DNA of 64,000 nucleotides from Escherichia coli (GTDB lineage Bacteria; Pseudomonadota; Gammaproteobacteria; Enterobacterales; Enterobacteriaceae): NCBI RefSeq assembly GCF_002854065.1, contig NZ_CP024147.1; one strand, 5' to 3'. Shown piece by piece: positions 58,772 to 64,000 of this stretch (position 1 is its first letter; each line of letters starts with the position of its first letter). The notes under the pieces were generated by a model. It saw only the letters and a program-made list of their open reading frames with translations, ran no database searches and was not told where the DNA came from. The position numbers and the translations under genes were made by a program.

Positions 58772-59560
58772 TTAGAATGTCAACGTTTCACCATCTTCTG
58801 GTACGTTCACAAATTCGATAATTTGATTATCTCTGGCGTATTCCTTGAGCGCATCACGCGTCAGCAAACAGTGGTTTACGGCCTCCATATGTGTCGCGAC
58901 AATTTGCGCTTCTGGCAGGGTAAAATGTGTTTTGAGAATATCTTCTGCTCCCATAATTATCGCGCCATGCCCCAGAACATGCGCAAATCCGGCATTCAAC
59001 ACAACCACTTCTGGTTGGAAAGTTAGCATTGTAACCTCGACGTCGTCACGCCAGAGGGTATCGCCAGCCAGATAGAGCGTTTTCTCTGTCGGGTGCTGGA
59101 AAACAACGCCGCAGGCTGCGCCTAAACGCTTCGCCATCGCCGGGTCGGCATAGGTGCGATCGGAGCCGTGCTGCCCTGTCGTTTTATGCAGAGTAATATC
59201 GCCAAATTTAGTCTCATCGGTAAGTACGGTAAGATGTGTAAATCCTTGTTTATGCAGTGATTCAGCATCTTGCTCATTTTGCACATAAATCAGTTTATCT
59301 TTAGGGACGACGCGGGAGGCTGTTTCGTCCCAGTGATCTTCATGTAAATGAGTCACGATTAGGGCGTCAACGTTGAGTAACGTTGTTAAATCGCACGGTA
59401 ATTCTACCGTTGGATTGCGGATTTCTGCGCGTGCCGTTCCGGCAAAACCCGGATAACTTCCTTTAGGCGCGAGTAACGGGTCGATAAGAAATGTTTTGCC
59501 AGCGTATTGGATAATTTGGGTGGCATTACGAATTTGCGTAATTTTCATGATTTGCTCCAC
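58772..59560 (-). CDS. metallo-beta-lactamase-fold hydrolase
   Basis: 262 aa with MBL signature (…THLHEDHWDE…). Confidence 0.8.
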   Translation of the reverse strand: MEQIMKITQIRNATQIIQYAGKTFLIDPLLAPKGSYPGFAGTARAEIRNPTVELPCDLTTLLNVDALIVTHLHEDHWDETASRVVPKDKLIYVQNEQDAESLHKQGFTHLTVLTDETKFGDITLHKTTGQHGSDRTYADPAMAKRLGAACGVVFQHPTEKTLYLAGDTLWRDDVEVTMLTFQPEVVVLNAGFAHVLGHGAIIMGAEDILKTHFTLPEAQIVATHMEAVNHCLLTRDALKEYARDNQIIEFVNVPEDGETLTF

Positions 59561-59662
59561 ATCACAGTATTGATGTCATTAGCGTAGCGTGCAGCCCGTA
59601 CTGTGCATGTGGGCAAATGGGCGAATAACGATGAGAATGGGCCAAATTACACATTGGCGTAA

Positions 59663-60496
59663 CTAGCGTAAATGCACGCCGCTTCGCCGTCCGGCCACCA
59701 GAATAGCCTGCGATTCAACCCCTTCTTCGATCTGTTTTGCTACCCGTTGTAGTGCCGGAAGATGCTTTTCCGCTGCCTGTTCGATGGTCATTGCGCTCGC
59801 CATATACACCAGATTCAAACAGCCAATCACCCGTTGTTCACTGCGCAGCGGTACGGCGATAGAGGCGATCTTCTCCTCCTGATCCCAGCCGCGGTAGTTC
59901 TGTCCGTAACCCTCTTTGCGCGCGCGCGCCAGAATGGCTTGCAGCTTTAACGGTTCTCGTGCCAGTTGATAGTCATCACCGGGGCGGGAGGCTAACATTT
60001 CGATTAATTCCTTGCGTTCTTGTTCCGGGCAAAAGGCCAGCCAGGTCAGACCCGAGGCGGTTTTCAGAAGCGGCAAACGTCGCCCGACCATTGCCCGGTG
60101 AAAGGATAAGCGGCTGAAACGGTGGGTGGTTTCGCGTACCACCATTGCATCAACATCCAGCGTGGACACATCTGTCGGCCATACCACTTCGCGCAACAGA
60201 TCGCCCAGCAGTGGGGCCGCCAGTGCAGAAATCCACTGTTCGTCACGAAATCCTTCGCTTAATTGCCGCACTTTGATGGTCAGACGAAAACTATCATCGG
60301 AGGGACTACGCCGGACATATCCCTCTTCCTGCAGCGTCTCCAGCAGTCGCCGCACAGTGGTGCGATGCAGGCCGCTGAGTTCCGCCAGCAGCCCGACGCT
60401 GGCACCGCCGTCAAGTTTATTTAACATATTTAATAACATTAGACCGCGGGTTAAGCCGCGCACGGTTTTGTATTCCGTCTGCTCATTGTTCTGCAT
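59663..60496 (-). CDS. mhpR: IclR-family activator MhpR
   Basis: ORF track 59663..60610; start at MQNNEQTEYKT (277 aa). Confidence 0.9.
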   Translation of the reverse strand: MQNNEQTEYKTVRGLTRGLMLLNMLNKLDGGASVGLLAELSGLHRTTVRRLLETLQEEGYVRRSPSDDSFRLTIKVRQLSEGFRDEQWISALAAPLLGDLLREVVWPTDVSTLDVDAMVVRETTHRFSRLSFHRAMVGRRLPLLKTASGLTWLAFCPEQERKELIEMLASRPGDDYQLAREPLKLQAILARARKEGYGQNYRGWDQEEKIASIAVPLRSEQRVIGCLNLVYMASAMTIEQAAEKHLPALQRVAKQIEEGVESQAILVAGRRSGVHLR

Positions 60497-60686
60497 ATTA
60501 ATTGACATTTCTATAGTTAAAACAACGTTGTGCACCTGGTGCACATTCGGGCATGTTTTGATTGTAGCCGAAAACACCCTTCCTATACTGAGCGCACAAT
60601 AAAAAATCATTTACATGTTTTTAACAAAATAAGTTGCGCCGTACTGTGCGCGCAACGGCATTTTGTCCGAGTCGTGAGGTACTGAA
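60497..60686. promoter_or_regulatory. divergent mhpR / mhpA promoter region
   Basis: 190-bp gap between divergent mhpR and mhpA; individual sites not resolved. Confidence 0.5.
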
Positions 60687-62351
60687 ATGGCAATACAACA
60701 CCCTGACATCCAGCCTGCTGTTAACCATAGCGTTCAGGTGGCGATCGCTGGTGCCGGTCCGGTCGGGCTGATGATGGCGAACTATCTCGGCCAGATGGGC
60801 ATTGACGTGCTGGTGGTGGAGAAACTCGATAAGTTGATCGACTACCCGCGTGCGATTGGTATTGATGACGAGGCGCTGCGCACCATGCAGTCGGTTGGCC
60901 TGGTCGATAATGTTCTGCCGCACACTACACCGTGGCACGCGATGCGTTTTCTCACCCCGAAGGGCCGCTGTTTTGCTGATATTCAGCCAATGACCGATGA
61001 ATTTGGCTGGCCGCGCCGTAACGCCTTTATTCAGCCGCAGGTCGATGCGGTGATGCTGGAAGGGGTGTCGCGTTTTCCGAATGTGCGCTGCTTGTTTTCC
61101 CGCGAGCTGGAGGCCTTCAGTCAGCAAGATGACGAAGTGACCTTGCACCTGAAAACGGCAGAAGGGCAGCGGGAAATAGTCAAAGCCCAGTGGCTGGTGG
61201 CCTGTGATGGTGGGGCAAGTTTTGTCCGTCGCACCCTGAATGTGCCGTTTGAAGGTAAAACTGCACCAAATCAGTGGATTGTGGTAGATATCGCCAACGA
61301 TCCGTTAAGTACGCCGCATATCTATTTGTGTTGCGATCCGGTGCGCCCGTATGTTTCTGCCGCGCTGCCTCATGCGGTACGTCGCTTTGAATTTATGGTG
61401 ATGCCGGGAGAAACCGAAGAACAGCTGCGTGAGCCGCAAAATATGCGCAAGCTGTTAAGCAAAGTGCTGCCTAATCCGGACAATGTTGAATTGATTCGCC
61501 AGCGTGTCTACACCCACAACGCGCGACTGGCGCAACGTTTCCGTATTGATCGCGTACTGCTGGCGGGCGATGCCGCGCACATCATGCCGGTATGGCAGGG
61601 GCAGGGCTATAACAGTGGCATGCGCGACGCCTTTAACCTCGCATGGAAACTGGCGTTGGTTATCCAGGGGAAAGCCCGCGATGCGCTGCTCGATACCTAT
61701 CAACAAGAACGTCGCGATCACGCCAAAGCGATGATTGACCTGTCCGTGACGGCGGGCAACGTGCTGGCTCCGCCGAAACGCTGGCAGGGTACGTTACGTG
61801 ACGGCGTTTCCTGGCTGCTGAATTATCTGCCGCCAGTAAAACGCTACTTCCTCGAAATGCGCTTCAAGCCGATGCCGCAATATTACGGCGGTGCGCTGGT
61901 GCGTGAGGGCGAAGCGAAGCACTCTCCGGTCGGCAAGATGTTTATTCAGCCGAAAGTCACGCTGGAAAACGGCGACGTGACGCTGCTCGATAACGCGATC
62001 GGCGCGAACTTCGCGGTAATTGGCTGGGGATGCAATCTACTGTGGGGGATGAGCGACGAGCAAATCCAGCAGTGGCGCGCGTTGGGCACACGCTTCATTC
62101 AGGTGGTGCCGGAAGTGCAAATTCATACCGCACAGGATAACCACGACGGCGTACTACGCGTGGGGGATACGCAAGGTCGCCTGCGTAGCTGGTTCGCGCA
62201 ACACAATGCTTCGCTGGTGGTGATGCGCCCGGATCGCTTTGTTGCCGCCACCGCCATTCCGCAAACCCTGGGCAAGACCCTGAATAAACTGGCGTCGGTG
62301 ATGACGCTGACCCGCCCTGATGCCGACGTTTCTGTCGAAAAGGTAGCCTGA
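60687..62351 (+). CDS. mhpA: 3-(3-hydroxyphenyl)propionate hydroxylase MhpA (FAD monooxygenase)
   Basis: 554 aa; FAD-binding GAGPVG motif. Confidence 0.95.
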   Translation: MAIQHPDIQPAVNHSVQVAIAGAGPVGLMMANYLGQMGIDVLVVEKLDKLIDYPRAIGIDDEALRTMQSVGLVDNVLPHTTPWHAMRFLTPKGRCFADIQPMTDEFGWPRRNAFIQPQVDAVMLEGVSRFPNVRCLFSRELEAFSQQDDEVTLHLKTAEGQREIVKAQWLVACDGGASFVRRTLNVPFEGKTAPNQWIVVDIANDPLSTPHIYLCCDPVRPYVSAALPHAVRRFEFMVMPGETEEQLREPQNMRKLLSKVLPNPDNVELIRQRVYTHNARLAQRFRIDRVLLAGDAAHIMPVWQGQGYNSGMRDAFNLAWKLALVIQGKARDALLDTYQQERRDHAKAMIDLSVTAGNVLAPPKRWQGTLRDGVSWLLNYLPPVKRYFLEMRFKPMPQYYGGALVREGEAKHSPVGKMFIQPKVTLENGDVTLLDNAIGANFAVIGWGCNLLWGMSDEQIQQWRALGTRFIQVVPEVQIHTAQDNHDGVLRVGDTQGRLRSWFAQHNASLVVMRPDRFVAATAIPQTLGKTLNKLASVMTLTRPDADVSVEKVA

Positions 62352-62352
62352 T

Positions 62353-63297
62353 ATGCACGCTTATCTTCACTGTCTTTCCCACTCGCCGCTGGTGGGGTAT
62401 GTCGACCCGGCGCAAGAGGTGCTCGATGAGGTCGATGGCGTGATTGCCAGCGCCCGCGAGCGTATTGCGGCTTTCTCCCCTGAACTGGTGGTGCTGTTTG
62501 CGCCAGATCACTACAACGGCTTTTTCTATGACGTGATGCCACCGTTCTGTTTAGGCGTTGGAGCGACGGCAATTGGTGATTTCGGTAGTGCGGCAGGAGA
62601 GCTGCCAGTGCCTGTGGAGTTGGCGGAGGCCTGTGCGCATGCCGTCATGAAGAGCGGGATCGATCTTGCCGTTTCTTACTGTATGCAGGTGGACCACGGG
62701 TTCGCCCAGCCGCTGGAGTTCCTGCTCGGTGGGCTGGATAAGGTGCCAGTTCTGCCTGTGTTCATCAACGGTGTCGCCACGCCGCTGCCCGGTTTCCAGC
62801 GTACCCGCATGTTGGGTGAAGCCATTGGACGTTTCACCAGCACTCTCAATAAACGCGTGCTGTTCCTGGGTTCCGGTGGGCTTTCCCATCAGCCGCCGGT
62901 GCCCGAACTGGCGAAAGCCGATGCCCATATGCGCGACCGTCTGTTGGGGAGCGGGAAAGATTTACCCGCCAGTGAGCGCGAATTGCGTCAGCAAAGGGTG
63001 ATTAGCGCCGCTGAGAAGTTTGTTGAGGATCAGAGAACTCTGCATCCGCTCAACCCGATTTGGGATAACCAGTTCATGACTTTGCTGGAGCAGGGACGCA
63101 TACAGGAACTGGATGCCGTCAGTAACGAAGAGCTTTCCGCCATTGCCGGAAAGTCGACACATGAAATCAAAACCTGGGTCGCCGCTTTTGCCGCTATTTC
63201 TGCGTTTGGCAACTGGCGTAGCGAAGGGCGTTATTACCGCCCAATCCCGGAGTGGATTGCCGGATTTGGCTCGTTAAGCGCCAGAACAGAGAACTGA
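62353..63297 (+). CDS. mhpB: 2,3-dihydroxyphenylpropionate 1,2-dioxygenase MhpB (extradiol)
   Basis: 314-aa ORF. Confidence 0.95.
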   Translation: MHAYLHCLSHSPLVGYVDPAQEVLDEVDGVIASARERIAAFSPELVVLFAPDHYNGFFYDVMPPFCLGVGATAIGDFGSAAGELPVPVELAEACAHAVMKSGIDLAVSYCMQVDHGFAQPLEFLLGGLDKVPVLPVFINGVATPLPGFQRTRMLGEAIGRFTSTLNKRVLFLGSGGLSHQPPVPELAKADAHMRDRLLGSGKDLPASERELRQQRVISAAEKFVEDQRTLHPLNPIWDNQFMTLLEQGRIQELDAVSNEELSAIAGKSTHEIKTWVAAFAAISAFGNWRSEGRYYRPIPEWIAGFGSLSARTEN

Positions 63298-63314
63298 ATA
63301 TGCAGGAGAAGATG

Positions 63315-64000
63315 ATGAGTTATCAGCCACAAACCGAAGCTGCCACCAGCCGTTTTCTGAATGTAGAAGAAGCGGGTAAAACGCTGCGCATCCATTTTAA
63401 TGACTGCGGACAAGGCGACGAAACCGTTGTCCTGCTGCATGGTTCCGGCCCGGGTGCTACTGGCTGGGCGAACTTCAGCCGCAATATCGATCCGCTGGTA
63501 AAGGCGGGCTATCGGGTGATCCTGCTGGATTGTCCGGGTTGGGGCAAGAGCGATTCGATCGTTAATAGTGGTTCGCGATCGGATCTTAATGCACGAATCC
63601 TGAAAAGCGTGGTGGATCAACTGGATATCGCCAAAATCCACCTGCTGGGCAACTCGATGGGTGGCCATAGTTCTGTGGCGTTCACCCTTAACTGGCCGGA
63701 GCGCGTCGGCAAACTGGTGCTGATGGGCGGCGGTACGGGCGGCATGAGTTTGTTTACGCCGATGCCAACCGAAGGTATTAAGCGACTGAATCAGCTTTAT
63801 CGTCAGCCGACTATCGAAAACCTGAAGCTGATGATGGATATCTTCGTTTTTGATACCAGCGATTTGACCGACGCCCTGTTTGAAGCGCGCCTGAATAATA
63901 TGCTGTCGCGCCGCGATCACCTGGAAAATTTCGTTAAGAGCCTGGAAGCTAATCCGAAACAGTTCCCGGATTTTGGCCCACGTCTGGCGGAAATCAAAGC
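63315..64000 (+). CDS. mhpC: 2-hydroxy-6-ketonona-2,4-dienedioate hydrolase MhpC (alpha/beta hydrolase), 5' part; continues beyond window
   Basis: Frame open from ATG 63315 ([14 protein letters not shown]…) to window end; nucleophile elbow GNSMGG; alternative in-frame ATG at 63300. Confidence 0.9.
   Translation, partial: MSYQPQTEAATSRFLNVEEAGKTLRIHFNDCGQGDETVVLLHGSGPGATGWANFSRNIDPLVKAGYRVILLDCPGWGKSDSIVNSGSRSDLNARILKSVVDQLDIAKIHLLGNSMGGHSSVAFTLNWPERVGKLVLMGGGTGGMSLFTPMPTEGIKRLNQLYRQPTIENLKLMMDIFVFDTSDLTDALFEARLNNMLSRRDHLENFVKSLEANPKQFPDFGPRLAEIK

Overview
This window is an Escherichia coli chromosomal segment that is syntenic with the K-12 ykg-bet-yah-prp-cod-cyn-lac-mhp region, but it is not K-12 itself: LacZ differs from the K-12 protein at about 20 residues (comparison from memory). 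Gene order left to right: a partial AraC-family regulator, an aldo-keto reductase, rclCBA/rclR, ykgEFG (lutABC-like), ykgH, betABI/betT, pdeL (yahA), yahBCDEFG, yahI, yahJ, an ASCH-domain gene plus a 4-gene sugar-type ABC importer operon, yahK, yahL interrupted by a complete IS2, yahM, yahN, yahO, prpR, prpBCDE, an 8-copy REP tandem array, codBA, cynR/cynTSX, lacAYZ, lacI, a GlxA-like regulator plus MBL-fold hydrolase pair, mhpR, mhpAB and the start of mhpC. Most of the window is well-characterised core metabolism, and I found no CRISPR array, tRNA, rRNA or prophage. What the known annotation does not fully explain: (1) four gene-inactivating lesions in 64 kb (amber stop in yahJ, 1-bp frameshift in prpC, in-frame TGA in the GlxA-like regulator, IS2 in yahL); (2) two apparent accessory insertions relative to K-12 (the ABC importer island between yahJ and yahK, and the regulator/hydrolase pair between lacI and mhpR, whose 3' end contains the lacI promoter); (3) the uncharacterised yahEFG-yahI-yahJ cluster, a paralogue of the allantoin-linked fdrA/ylbE/ylbF/carbamate-kinase module; (4) an expanded REP array. 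All homology statements come from reading the translations and from recall of the protein families; no database search was run.
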